DNA of 64,000 nt from Bacteroidota bacterium (GTDB lineage: Bacteria > Bacteroidota > Bacteroidia > Chitinophagales > Chitinophagaceae). Below, piece by piece: positions 51,646 through 60,824 of the stretch (its first letter is position 1; each line of letters begins with the position of its first letter). The position numbers and the translations under genes are program-made. The notes under the pieces are model-generated. The model was given only the letters and a program-made list of their open reading frames with translations, had not been told where the DNA came from and did not search any database. The stretch covers positions 4,194 to 68,193 of the forward strand of contig JAFEAB010000058.1 in assembly GCA_018266615.1 (NCBI GenBank), given 5' to 3'.

Positions 51646-52833
51646 TTATTTAATGATCTCGGTAACCTGGCCGGCACCTACTGTACGTCCTCCTTCGCGA
51701 ATCGCGAATTTCAGACCTTTTTCCATTGCGATTGGAGCAATGAGTTTTACAGTAAGGCTGGTGTTATCGCCAGGCATCACCATTTCTGTACCTGCTGCCA
51801 GTTCCACTTCTCCGGTTACGTCGGTAGTACGGAAATAGAACTGAGGACGGTATTTGTTGAAGAATGGAGTATGACGTCCACCCTCTTCTTTGCTCAACAC
51901 ATAAACTTCCCCTTTAAATTCGGTGTGAGGAGTGATTGAGCCGGGTTTGCAAAGTACCATACCACGGCGGATTTGGTTCTTTTCAATACCACGTAGCAGT
52001 AATCCTGCGTTATCACCTGCTTCCCCTTCGTCTAACAATTTCTTAAACATTTCCACACCGGTGCAGGTAGTAGGCAGTGGTTTTTCCATCAAGCCCACGA
52101 TTTCGATTGCCTCACCAACTTTAATGCGGCCACGTTCGATACGGCCGGTAGCTACGGTACCACGACCGGTGATAGAGAACACGTCTTCTACCGACATCAG
52201 GAACGGCTGATCAACCAACCGGGGAGGAAGCGGGATATAAGTATCTACAGCTTCCATGAGTTCGTTGATTTTGGCAACCCATTTTTCTTCGCCGGCAAGA
52301 GCACCGGTTGCAGAACCCTGGATGATTGGTGTGTTATCGCCATCAAAGCCATAAGAGCTAAGTAATTCGCGAATTTCCATTTCAACCAATTCAAGCAGTT
52401 CGGGATCATCAACAAGGTCAACCTTGTTCATGAATACCACAATACGAGGTACCCCTACCTGGCGGGCCAGAAGGATATGTTCTTTGGTTTGTGGCATCGG
52501 ACCGTCGGTAGCAGCAACCACGAGAATTGCGCCATCCATCTGAGCGGCACCGGTAATCATATTTTTTACATAGTCGGCGTGGCCTGGGCAGTCAACGTGC
52601 GCATAGTGGCGGTTAGCGGTTGCATATTCCACGTGCGCTGTATTGATCGTGATACCCCTTTCTTTTTCTTCCGGAGCACCGTCGATATCATCATAGTTTC
52701 TTTTTTCCGCTAAACCTTTTTTTGACAAAACATCGGTAATAGCGGCGGTAAGTGTTGTTTTTCCATGGTCAACGTGACCGATAGTTCCAACGTTTAAGTG
52801 GGGTTTATCCCTCTTGAAAGATTCTTTTGCCAT
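51646..52833 (-). CDS. tuf: Elongation factor Tu
   Basis: 395 aa. [31 protein letters not shown]. Confidence 0.99.
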   Translation of the reverse strand: MAKESFKRDKPHLNVGTIGHVDHGKTTLTAAITDVLSKKGLAEKRNYDDIDGAPEEKERGITINTAHVEYATANRHYAHVDCPGHADYVKNMITGAAQMDGAILVVAATDGPMPQTKEHILLARQVGVPRIVVFMNKVDLVDDPELLELVEMEIRELLSSYGFDGDNTPIIQGSATGALAGEEKWVAKINELMEAVDTYIPLPPRLVDQPFLMSVEDVFSITGRGTVATGRIERGRIKVGEAIEIVGLMEKPLPTTCTGVEMFKKLLDEGEAGDNAGLLLRGIEKNQIRRGMVLCKPGSITPHTEFKGEVYVLSKEEGGRHTPFFNKYRPQFYFRTTDVTGEVELAAGTEMVMPGDNTSLTVKLIAPIAMEKGLKFAIREGGRTVGAGQVTEIIK

Positions 52834-53035
52834 TGTTTAATTTTTAAAAATTGTTGTTTGTTGATTGGTTGTTCTGATTTTGCGTCGCTGAACTCCGACG
52901 AAAATTTGCAAAGTAAAACCCCGCAGCAATTATAAAGGAGGGCATTTCCCAAATAATAGAAATTCCTGCTGAAAGATTCTATTACCAATTCCTTCTAAAA
53001 AGCCTGGGTTTAAACCCTAAAGCTGAGCCATAGGT

Positions 53036-53107
53036 GAGAATCGAACTCACGACCCCTTCCCTACCAAGGAAGTGCTCTACCCCTGAGCTACCACGGCGTT
53101 CCAATTC
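53036..53107 (-). tRNA. tRNA-Thr(GGT): tRNA-Thr (anticodon GGT)
   Basis: Minus strand reads GCCGTGGTAGCTCAGGGGTAGAGCACTTCCTTGGTAGGGAAG...GGTTCGATTCTCACCTATGGCT. The anticodon loop contains GGT. Confidence 0.85.
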
Positions 53108-53140
53108 CTGCCGTAGCAGGTAAAACATAGAGCGGAAGAC

Positions 53141-53213
53141 GAGGCTCGAACTCGCCACCTATAGCTTGGAAGGCTATCGCTCTACCAAATGAGCTACTTC
53201 CGCTTTTATTGTT
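53141..53213 (-). tRNA. tRNA-Gly(TCC): tRNA-Gly (anticodon TCC)
   Basis: Minus strand reads GCGGAAGTAGCTCATTTGGTAGAGCGATAGCCTTCCAAGCTATAG..GAGTTCGAGCCTCGTCTTCCGCT. Confidence 0.9.
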
Positions 53214-53277
53214 TTCGATGTACAATTACTTTATTGTACGAAACAAAGAACTCGTTCAACATACAGCCTGGGCTGTT

Positions 53278-53363
53278 TGGTGGGCAGTGGTGGATTCGAA
53301 CCACCGAAGTCGAAAGACAGCGGATTTACAGTCCGCCCCATTTGGCCGCTCTGGAAACTGCCC
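53278..53363 (-). tRNA. tRNA-Tyr(GTA): tRNA-Tyr (anticodon GTA), long variable arm, CCA encoded
   Basis: Minus strand reads GGGCAGTTTCCAGAGCGGCCAAATGGGGCGGACTGTAAATCCGCTG..(variable arm)..GGTTCGAATCCACCACTGCCCACCA. Confidence 0.9.
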
Positions 53364-53374
53364 ATTTTACACAG

Positions 53375-53447
53375 AGCCGAAGAAGGGAGTCGAACCCCCG
53401 ACCTACTGATTACAAATCAGTTGCTCTACCAGCTGAGCTACTTCGGC
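53375..53447 (-). tRNA. tRNA-Thr(TGT): tRNA-Thr (anticodon TGT)
   Basis: Minus strand reads GCCGAAGTAGCTCAGCTGGTAGAGCAACTGATTTGTAATCAGTAGG..GGGTTCGACTCCCTTCTTCGGCT. Confidence 0.9.
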
Positions 53448-53591
53448 ATTAAGATTTCCAAACGGGAAACCACTGGAAAGAACTCAACTTAAACGACACA
53501 CAAAGCCCCGTCATTTTTTGGGAAGGCAAAGGTAAGAGAAATTGCTTAATACCAAAACTTTGCAAAAAAAAATTTTGGCGGGTTTTTACAC

Positions 53592-53617
53592 AAAAAATCC
53601 CCCGCTTTGCGGGGGAT
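53592..53617 (-). terminator. Rho-independent terminator after hpf
   Basis: Minus strand reads ATCCCCCGC-AAA-GCGGGGGAT followed by T6. Confidence 0.7.
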
Positions 53618-53635
53618 AATAAGGAGACAGAAGAT

Positions 53636-53935
53636 TTAAGCGGCCTGTTTTTGCTTCTTTCTTTTGATTTGATTTACCACGGCATCCATGGCCACATCAA
53701 AGCTTTCTTCAAAAGACTTGGTAGATGATTTCCCAAAGAATTCGTACCGGGGGATATTCACCTTTATTTCCACCACCTTATCTTTTATGGTATGGGCAAT
53801 ATTATCGAGTTTGAGATACACATCCACATTCGTTATCCGATCGTGGAACTGGTTGAGTTTGGCAATTTTCTTTTCAATGAACTGAAGGAGTTTAGAATCC
53901 GCATCAAAGCGAACTGTTTGAATGTTCATGTTCAT
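53636..53935 (-). CDS. hpf: Ribosome hibernation-promoting factor (HPF/RaiA family, short form)
   Basis: 99 aa. NIQTVRFDADSKLLQFIEKKIAKLNQFHDRI..VDVYLK is typical of this family. Confidence 0.85.
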   Translation of the reverse strand: MNMNIQTVRFDADSKLLQFIEKKIAKLNQFHDRITNVDVYLKLDNIAHTIKDKVVEIKVNIPRYEFFGKSSTKSFEESFDVAMDAVVNQIKRKKQKQAA

Positions 53936-54099
53936 AACATCTGAAATTTAAAGTAAAAAATAAATTAAAGGTAAAATCAAGCCATAGGCAGCTTTCTTGC
54001 TAGTTGTAAGGATAAGAAATTTATCCCCATCAAGTTAGGTTAAGAAACGAAAACTTCAAAATAAATATTATGTACGGCAAATAAAATGAGCTAAACAAA

Positions 54100-54999
54100 C
54101 TATGCCCGCGGGTGGGCTTTTTTAAAAACGTCCTTTAACTTTTCAATACTATTATGGGTATAAACCTGGGTAGCAGCCAGGCTGCTGTGCCCCAACAACT
54201 CTTTTACGGCATTCAGTTCTGCCCCATTATTCATCAGGTGGGTGGCAAAACTATGCCTGAAGATATGCGGACTCTTCTTATCGATGGTCGTAACTTTTGC
54301 CAGGTAAGTATTTGCTACATTATATACATATTTTGGATAAAGGGGTAACCCTTTTTCCGTAACAAATACCTGCTGACAACCTGTGCCAAATAAACGATGT
54401 TTTTCTGCAATATGAGCCCGTATTGCCTCCACCATTTCGCGGGATGTGGGGATAATCCTTTCCTTATTTCCTTTCCCCAATACCTTCAACGTAGCATTTG
54501 AAAAATCCACCTGGTTCTCTTTCAATCCTATTAACTCAGCTCTCCGCATGCCGGTAAAATACAGCAGGTTGAGAATCAACTTTTGCATATTTCCTAACCA
54601 TCCCTGCGGAAATACCACCTCGGTAAACAGGGCTGAAATGTCCTCAGTTTCTATAAACTGGGGTAATCTTTTCCGGTTTTTAGGAGAAATAATGGTTGCC
54701 AGGGGAGTGGTTTCAACCTTTCCCTCCCGAAGCAGGTATTTAAAAAAGGATTTAAGGGTGGAAATCTTCCGGTTGAGGGACCGGGATTCCATTCCCTCCA
54801 GTTTCAAGGAAGCAAGCCAGCTACGGATGTATTCGGTTCTGATTTTTCCCGGATCACTCTCTTCATATTGCAACTGGCAATAATCGAAAAACTGCCCAAG
54901 ATCCGTTGCATACGACAATATCGTATGGGCGGAATACCGTTTTTGGAACTCCAGGAAGTGAAGGAAATCCTGTATGTGCGGATGGTTGGTTTCGGGCAT
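54100..54999 (-). CDS. Tyrosine site-specific recombinase, XerC/XerD family
   Basis: 299 aa. C-terminal catalytic region ..HIFRHSFATHLMNNGAELNAVKELLGHSSLAATQVYTH. Confidence 0.85.
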   Translation of the reverse strand: MPETNHPHIQDFLHFLEFQKRYSAHTILSYATDLGQFFDYCQLQYEESDPGKIRTEYIRSWLASLKLEGMESRSLNRKISTLKSFFKYLLREGKVETTPLATIISPKNRKRLPQFIETEDISALFTEVVFPQGWLGNMQKLILNLLYFTGMRRAELIGLKENQVDFSNATLKVLGKGNKERIIPTSREMVEAIRAHIAEKHRLFGTGCQQVFVTEKGLPLYPKYVYNVANTYLAKVTTIDKKSPHIFRHSFATHLMNNGAELNAVKELLGHSSLAATQVYTHNSIEKLKDVFKKAHPRA

Positions 55000-55034
55000 A
55001 AAAAAACTGATACCAAATTTACGGGGTATCAGTT
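55000..55034 (-). terminator. Rho-independent terminator after rpsU
   Basis: Minus strand reads ACTGATACC-CCGTAAATTT-GGTATCAGT followed by T7. The T-run abuts the ATG of the recombinase gene. Confidence 0.65.
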
Positions 55035-55054
55035 TGAATTATTTGCCGGTAAAA

Positions 55055-55252
55055 TTATTTTTCTATTTTTCCGGAGGCGATTTGTTGTTTGTACACGGCC
55101 TTCAATACCTGGGTGCGGCGTCGCACAGAGGGCTTGGTAAAAGATTGCCTTTCACGTAATTGTAGCAAAACACGACTTTTTTCGAATTTCTTCTTATATT
55201 TCTTAAGCGCCTTGTCTATGTTTTCGCAATCTTTTGAATCGATAATAAGCAT
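55055..55252 (-). CDS. rpsU: 30S ribosomal protein S21
   Basis: 65 aa. ..IDKALKKYKKKFEKSRVLLQLRERQSFTKPSVRRR. Confidence 0.9.
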   Translation of the reverse strand: MLIIDSKDCENIDKALKKYKKKFEKSRVLLQLRERQSFTKPSVRRRTQVLKAVYKQQIASGKIEK

Positions 55253-55371
55253 AAATAATTAGTATATACCTCCTTTGGTGAAAAATTCTGCTTTTCTGGC
55301 AGGGCCGCAAAGATAGGGCAGAATAATTAATTAAAAAAAATATTCCACTTAAAAATTACGAATTTCGGGGC

Positions 55372-55974
55372 ATGTTTACGGGTATCATAGAAACGACCGG
55401 GGAGGTTATATCGGTTGAAAACCAGGGTACTAATCTCCGTTTCACCATTAAATCAGAGATTTCTCCACAACTTAAGGCCGATCAAAGCGTAGCCCATAAC
55501 GGTGTTTGCCTCACCGTAGAGGAGGTGAATAATGGGATACACCGGGTTACAGCAATTTCGGAAACCCTCCAAAAAACTAACCTTGGCTCCTGGCGGCCTG
55601 GTACCCGCATCAATCTGGAACGCTGCCTTAAAATGAATGGTCGCCTCGATGGCCATATTGTGCAGGGCCATACGGACGGTACGGCTACCTGCCTCTCCAT
55701 TGATCCGTTGGAGGGAAGTTTTGAAATCCGTTTTCGGCTAAATAGCCCGGATGCAGGATTGGTTATTGAAAAGGGATCCATTTGCATTAACGGGATTAGT
55801 TTAACCTGCTTTAAGGTAAAAGAAAATTGTTTTTCCGTGGGGATTATCCCTTACACATTCGCTCATACCAATATTTCGGAACTTAAACAAGCAGATCTGG
55901 TTAATATTGAATTTGATGTGATTGGAAAATATATTCAAAGAATGATCGGGCTCCGATTAGGAAAAAATGTTTAA
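55372..55974 (+). CDS. ribE: Riboflavin synthase (alpha chain)
   Basis: MFTGIIETTGEV.. and two lumazine-binding repeats (..NGVCLTV.. / ..NGISLT..). Confidence 0.9.
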   Translation: MFTGIIETTGEVISVENQGTNLRFTIKSEISPQLKADQSVAHNGVCLTVEEVNNGIHRVTAISETLQKTNLGSWRPGTRINLERCLKMNGRLDGHIVQGHTDGTATCLSIDPLEGSFEIRFRLNSPDAGLVIEKGSICINGISLTCFKVKENCFSVGIIPYTFAHTNISELKQADLVNIEFDVIGKYIQRMIGLRLGKNV

Positions 55975-57064
55975 GCCCGCAGCCTCCAATATTTTTTTTG
56001 GCAACCTGGATGCGTTACGGTTCCTGGCGTTCCTTTCGGTATTTATTTCTCATGTTCTTTTCTTACCCGAACCCACCAGCCAATTGGGAGAGCTGGTGCA
56101 GGCCTCCCTCACCCTTATCTTTTTGGGTGTGCCCTTTTTTTTCACCCTTTCCAGTTTCCTCATTACTTACCGGCTCCTTACCGAATCGGAAAGAAAAGGA
56201 AGGATATCGCTTGAGTCGTTTTATAAAAACAGAATCCTGCGAATTTGGCCCGCCTATATTCTTTTGTTGCTGATTTGCTTTGCCGGCATTCCGCTGGTTA
56301 CCCATTTTTTTCCCATATCCGGTTTTTCTCTGCCCCCGCTTTGGCCTTTCCTTGCCTTTGTAGTAAATTTTTACATAATCAAATATGGCGCCGGTTTCAG
56401 TTTTGCCCTAACTATATTATGGTCGATATCCATTGAGGAACAATTTTATTTTTTCTGGGGATGGGCTATGCGTTTCCTTAAAAATTGGATCGGATTACTT
56501 ACGGCCCTACTCCTGTTGACAAGTATCATTTTTAGCTGGTTTTGGTTGTACCGATGGCATTTCCAGCCCAATAACCTGGCAGTACATTCTGTTTATGTAA
56601 TTCAGGATTTTGCAGCCGGTATCTGGCTGGCCATCTTTGCCAAAAAAAATTCCGGATTATTTCAAAAACTAAAATCAATCCATTTTTCATATTTCCTCCT
56701 GCCCTATATCCTGCTTCCACTGGCAGCCGTTTTTGTAACGGAAATGATTACCCTAAACCTAATTAAAAGCGGATGTTTCGCATTAATCCTATTTCATCAG
56801 TGTTTTCACGAAAAGCCGGTATTTCGGTTTGGAAAATGGAAGCTGTTTAACTACCTGGGAAAAATATCTTACGGATTGTATATCTACCATGCATTAGTGA
56901 TTACAGCATTCAATTACTTCTTACATACAGAAACAACAACGGGCATTCAGCGAAACTTTATTTACCCCGTTATTATGCTCCTGGTAACCATCATCTATTC
57001 TTCCATTAGTTACGAATTGATAGAAAAAAGATTCCTGAAACTAAAAGCCCGTACCCTGGCTTAA
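55967..57064 (+). CDS. Acyltransferase family 3 (membrane O-acyltransferase)
   Basis: 365 aa, polytopic. The N-terminal LDALRFLAFLSVFISH motif is typical of Acyl_transf_3. Confidence 0.8.
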   Translation: MFKPAASNIFFGNLDALRFLAFLSVFISHVLFLPEPTSQLGELVQASLTLIFLGVPFFFTLSSFLITYRLLTESERKGRISLESFYKNRILRIWPAYILLLLICFAGIPLVTHFFPISGFSLPPLWPFLAFVVNFYIIKYGAGFSFALTILWSISIEEQFYFFWGWAMRFLKNWIGLLTALLLLTSIIFSWFWLYRWHFQPNNLAVHSVYVIQDFAAGIWLAIFAKKNSGLFQKLKSIHFSYFLLPYILLPLAAVFVTEMITLNLIKSGCFALILFHQCFHEKPVFRFGKWKLFNYLGKISYGLYIYHALVITAFNYFLHTETTTGIQRNFIYPVIMLLVTIIYSSISYELIEKRFLKLKARTLA

Positions 57065-57084
57065 CTTTAGGTACCCGGAATATT

Positions 57085-59118
57085 ATGAACAAGACCTCCA
57101 TTGAACATAGCCGCGCATTCCTGCTTTTTGTAGTAACGGCATTGCTGTTTCTCTGGCCCCTTAGTCTCCATATTTTCACTTTCAAGAATGATGCCCTCAC
57201 CTATTATTACCCGGTACGGACACTCATTAGTGATGCGCTAAACCATGGAGAGCTCCCCTTGTGGACTCCCTACATTAATATGGGGTACCCGTTGCATGCC
57301 GATTTCCAATCTGGCGCCTGGAACCCCTTTGTTTGGTTATTCAGCTATGCCACAGGATACCCCTTAGTGGCAATGCATTACGAATGTATTTTGTATTTCT
57401 GCCTGGCCGGTATGGGCATGTATCTTTTGGCGAGAGAATATGGGGCGGAAATACGGATAGCCCTATTGGCCGGCCTGGCATACCAGTTTTCGGGATTTAT
57501 GCTTGATTCCATTCAATTTTTTACCTGCATTTCATCCGCCTGCTGGATTCCCTACATCTTTTTATATTTCAGGAAGACGCTGAATGAAAACTATTTGAAA
57601 AACCCCGCCCTCCTTTCTTTGTTTCTTGCCCTGCTATTGCTTTGTGGATATCCGGCCTTTCTTATTATAACATTCTATCTTCTTTTATTTTACCTGATAA
57701 TTTTCATCTGGTACAACCGAAAACAAAATACAGGTTGGGGAATCAAGGTTAGTCAACTGGGTTTATCATTATTCCTTTTTCTTTTACTAACGGCCCCGGC
57801 TATCCTTTCTTATTATTACCATCTTCCATTCATCAATAGGGGAAGCAGCCAATCGCTCGAAGTTGTACAACAAAACTCGATGAACCCGGCTACCGTTATA
57901 TCGCTCCTTTTCCCTTTTTCATCTCTTGCACCAAATAGTTTCCTTGATTCTGAACTGCTGATGCGGACAATCTATATAGGCATCCTTCCGCTTTGTTTGT
58001 TGTTTTCAATTTGGCGTCAACCAAAATGTGAAGGAAGAAAGAAAGGATTGTTTTATTTGTCATTGGCCGTCCTCATGCTCTTTTTTGCATTTGGGAAATA
58101 TTTTTTCTTAAGGAAGCTGGCGTTTGAAATCCTCCCGGGAATGGACATGTTCAGGCACCCGGGACTGTTCCGGTTATTTTTCATTTTCTTTTGCCTCGTT
58201 GCCATCACCAGGGCATTTCCCCATGTTGCAACGGGTATTTCAGACATAAAAAAACAAGGTTTGGCTTTTTTTGTAATTGCCACCTTATTATGGTCATTCG
58301 GTTTGTTTTTGAGGATATCGGGCAAAGCAGCGTATATCCCATTTGATACCTCTTTTTTTAATGCGGCAGGATTTTGGCAGAGAATATTTTTTGAGGCATT
58401 ATTTGTGGCTGGATTCTCCCTGCTGTTGGTATTTATTCCAAAACAATCTGTTTCAAAATATGTAATTGCCCTGGTTATTATGGACCTTTTCATTTCCACC
58501 CAAATACACCAGGTTGTTACGGGTGTTGGTGCTAAGCCTTACCAGCAAATTGTGGCAAGCCTTAATCGCAATAAAATTCTTTTTCCATTACCCGATCAAT
58601 CATCAGTTGCCGAAAATTCGAAAGGTAGTACTGATAGCCTTTTTGAGGCCGGAAGCAGGATGCCATTTCGAAAATTAGTGGGAAGAAACGACTATTTTAT
58701 CACCCCTGGAAACCTGTTGATGCAGGACTCTTTTTATCAATCTGTCCTTCGCGACAGTCTGTTCAAACGTCCGTTGATTTCACTTTTCAATAATCATTCC
58801 CAGGTAAAGATTACCTATATGGGAGCCAACAAAATAGAGGGGAGCTTTTTTTCCTCCAATACCGACAGCCTCCTGCTATTGCAGAACAATTATCCCGGCT
58901 GGAAGGCTTATATTGATGGTAAGGAAACAAGGATCAGCACGTCTGCCATTTGTTTTATGGCAGTTCCAGTAAACACAGGAAACCATACCTTTCAATTCAT
59001 TTATTCCCCTTCCTATCTTCGATGGGCAATTTGGCTGCCCTTGGCCGGTTTACTGCTAATTATAATTTTTTGGAAACTTTCCAGAGTCCAATCAGAGAAA
59101 CTCCAAATGGAAATTTAA
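57085..59118 (+). CDS. YfhO-like polytopic membrane glycosyltransferase-type protein
   Basis: 677 aa, with more than 10 TM helices, then a C-terminal soluble region and a final TM. The architecture and the neighbouring GtrB-like GT2 gene fit the YfhO family. Confidence 0.65.
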   Translation: MNKTSIEHSRAFLLFVVTALLFLWPLSLHIFTFKNDALTYYYPVRTLISDALNHGELPLWTPYINMGYPLHADFQSGAWNPFVWLFSYATGYPLVAMHYECILYFCLAGMGMYLLAREYGAEIRIALLAGLAYQFSGFMLDSIQFFTCISSACWIPYIFLYFRKTLNENYLKNPALLSLFLALLLLCGYPAFLIITFYLLLFYLIIFIWYNRKQNTGWGIKVSQLGLSLFLFLLLTAPAILSYYYHLPFINRGSSQSLEVVQQNSMNPATVISLLFPFSSLAPNSFLDSELLMRTIYIGILPLCLLFSIWRQPKCEGRKKGLFYLSLAVLMLFFAFGKYFFLRKLAFEILPGMDMFRHPGLFRLFFIFFCLVAITRAFPHVATGISDIKKQGLAFFVIATLLWSFGLFLRISGKAAYIPFDTSFFNAAGFWQRIFFEALFVAGFSLLLVFIPKQSVSKYVIALVIMDLFISTQIHQVVTGVGAKPYQQIVASLNRNKILFPLPDQSSVAENSKGSTDSLFEAGSRMPFRKLVGRNDYFITPGNLLMQDSFYQSVLRDSLFKRPLISLFNNHSQVKITYMGANKIEGSFFSSNTDSLLLLQNNYPGWKAYIDGKETRISTSAICFMAVPVNTGNHTFQFIYSPSYLRWAIWLPLAGLLLIIIFWKLSRVQSEKLQMEI

Positions 59119-59791
59119 GAGCCGGCATGAGCCTTGCCTCAAAACCAAAAATATGCTTTAATATCCGATTAGTTAAGGAACCCGCTTTAAAGGTTTCAAA
59201 ATCGGATTGGGGCGAAATTCTATTTCGATAGGGCCATTTCCTCGCTATCCAAACGGGGATATACAAAATGGAATTAAAATAACTTAGGTAGATACTTTTC
59301 ATACCACTACCCAACCTGTTGAAGTCAGCAATCTGGTACCTTATGAAATGCTGGTTAACCACATCATGCCCACTCCACAATTTTCGATCGGCAGGTACGG
59401 TAATACAGATGAAGCCATCTCCCCTGCACACCCTTTTCATTTCCGCCATAGCTTTTTGATCATCCTCCACATGCTCCACCACATCAAAAGCACAAACCAA
59501 ATCAAAACAGGAATCAACAAATGGCAGGCGGGTGATAGAACCTTCTACAATATCCTTTCCTGAATTTTTCAGGTGTTCAATAAAAAAGGAATCATTTTCT
59601 ACGGAAGTAACTTTACCAAAATGGGATAACCATTGGCTGGATTCGCCACCGGCTACGCCAATATTTAAAATAGAGATGGGTTGCTGAGGCATGAATTTAT
59701 TTAATACAGCAGAAATAATTGCTGCCCGGGCAAGAAACCACCAATGCGTTTTCTCCAATTCAATGTATTGAAGGGAATATGCTTTATCCAT
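59060..59791 (-). CDS. Class I SAM-dependent methyltransferase
   Basis: Motif I ILNIGVAGGE and post-I/II regions (FDLVCAFDVVEHVED). The 3-prime end overlaps the convergent YfhO-like gene by 59 nt. Confidence 0.8.
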   Translation of the reverse strand: MDKAYSLQYIELEKTHWWFLARAAIISAVLNKFMPQQPISILNIGVAGGESSQWLSHFGKVTSVENDSFFIEHLKNSGKDIVEGSITRLPFVDSCFDLVCAFDVVEHVEDDQKAMAEMKRVCRGDGFICITVPADRKLWSGHDVVNQHFIRYQIADFNRLGSGMKSIYLSYFNSILYIPVWIARKWPYRNRISPQSDFETFKAGSLTNRILKHIFGFEARLMPALKFPFGVSLIGLWKVSKKL

Positions 59792-60755
59792 CTATAAATT
59801 CTCCTTTCACAATCCGGGAACGGACTATATATAGGGGGCGCTTTTTTACCTGAAAGAAAATCCGTAAAACATATTCTCCTATAATCCCCAATGCCAAAAG
59901 CTGTACACCGGCAAATAATACGATGGCAAATATTAAGGCGGTAAATCCCGCGGGAACAGTGCCATAGGCCAGTTTCTTAAACAGGGTAAGGGCCAGGTAC
60001 CCTAATGAAATTAAGACACTTATCATCCCAACATAACCAATAAACCGAATTGGGAATTCGCTAAAATTAAACAAGCCGTTAAATGCGAGCCGGAACAACA
60101 TACGCCAGGAATATTTTGAATTTCCATCTGCCCGGCCATCCCGGCTGTAGGGAATCCCAATTTGTTTAAACCCCACCCAGCTTCGCATTCCTCTCAGGTA
60201 ACGGCTTTCTTCAGGCATTTGGTTGAGAATGGATACTACTTTGCCACTCAGGAGGGCAAAATCACCTGCATCCAGCGGGGTATGCACATTTGAAAACCTT
60301 TTCAGGAGGCGATAATAGGTTTTGTAAGCCATCATCTTAAAAAATCCTTCCTTTCGGTTTTTCCTGATTCCATATACTACATCAAACCCTTCCTCCATTT
60401 TCTTCACAAAGGTCCCTAAAAGCTCCGGGGGGTCCTGGAGGTCGCCGTCCATAATAAACACGGCATCAGGGTGGCCTAACAACTCCTGCAAGCCGGCCGT
60501 AATGGCTGCGGCATGGCCAAAATTCCGGGACAGGGAAATAGCGGAAAATCCGGTTCTTCCGCTCAATTCCTTATGCAGCAGGTAGGCGGTACCGTCAGTG
60601 CTCCCATCATCTACCAGCATTACTTCTACTTCAAAATCAGGGTTATCCGCCACTTGCGATAACCGTTCCAGGAGTGCCGGGAGCACCGCTTCTTCATTAA
60701 ACAGGGGAACCAATATAGCCACCCGCTTTACCTTCATCATATTTTGAAGGTACAA
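59784..60755 (-). CDS. GT2 polyprenol-phosphate glycosyltransferase (GtrB/ArnC/CsbB-like)
   Basis: VAILVPLFNEE...VDDGSTDGT, a DxD region (MDGDLQD), and two C-terminal TM helices. Confidence 0.9.
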   Translation of the reverse strand: MYLQNMMKVKRVAILVPLFNEEAVLPALLERLSQVADNPDFEVEVMLVDDGSTDGTAYLLHKELSGRTGFSAISLSRNFGHAAAITAGLQELLGHPDAVFIMDGDLQDPPELLGTFVKKMEEGFDVVYGIRKNRKEGFFKMMAYKTYYRLLKRFSNVHTPLDAGDFALLSGKVVSILNQMPEESRYLRGMRSWVGFKQIGIPYSRDGRADGNSKYSWRMLFRLAFNGLFNFSEFPIRFIGYVGMISVLISLGYLALTLFKKLAYGTVPAGFTALIFAIVLFAGVQLLALGIIGEYVLRIFFQVKKRPLYIVRSRIVKGEFIDG

Positions 60756-60824
60756 CTAAAGATCATTGCGGCATCGCATCCCACCAATTTTCAATTATAT
60801 TGTAGGGCCAAGCCGAGTAACAAC

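Noticed and set aside
51461-53447. The tRNA-Thr/Tyr/Gly/Thr, tuf, tRNA-Trp, secE, nusG arrangement considered as unusual
   Set aside because: This mirrors the classical thrU-tyrU-glyT-thrT-tufB-secE-nusG organisation known from E. coli and many other bacteria. It is ordinary conserved synteny.
55253-55371. An FMN riboswitch upstream of ribE
   Set aside because: The roughly 120-nt leader shows none of the conserved FMN-element helices or motifs that I can recognise. It is AT-rich and unstructured.
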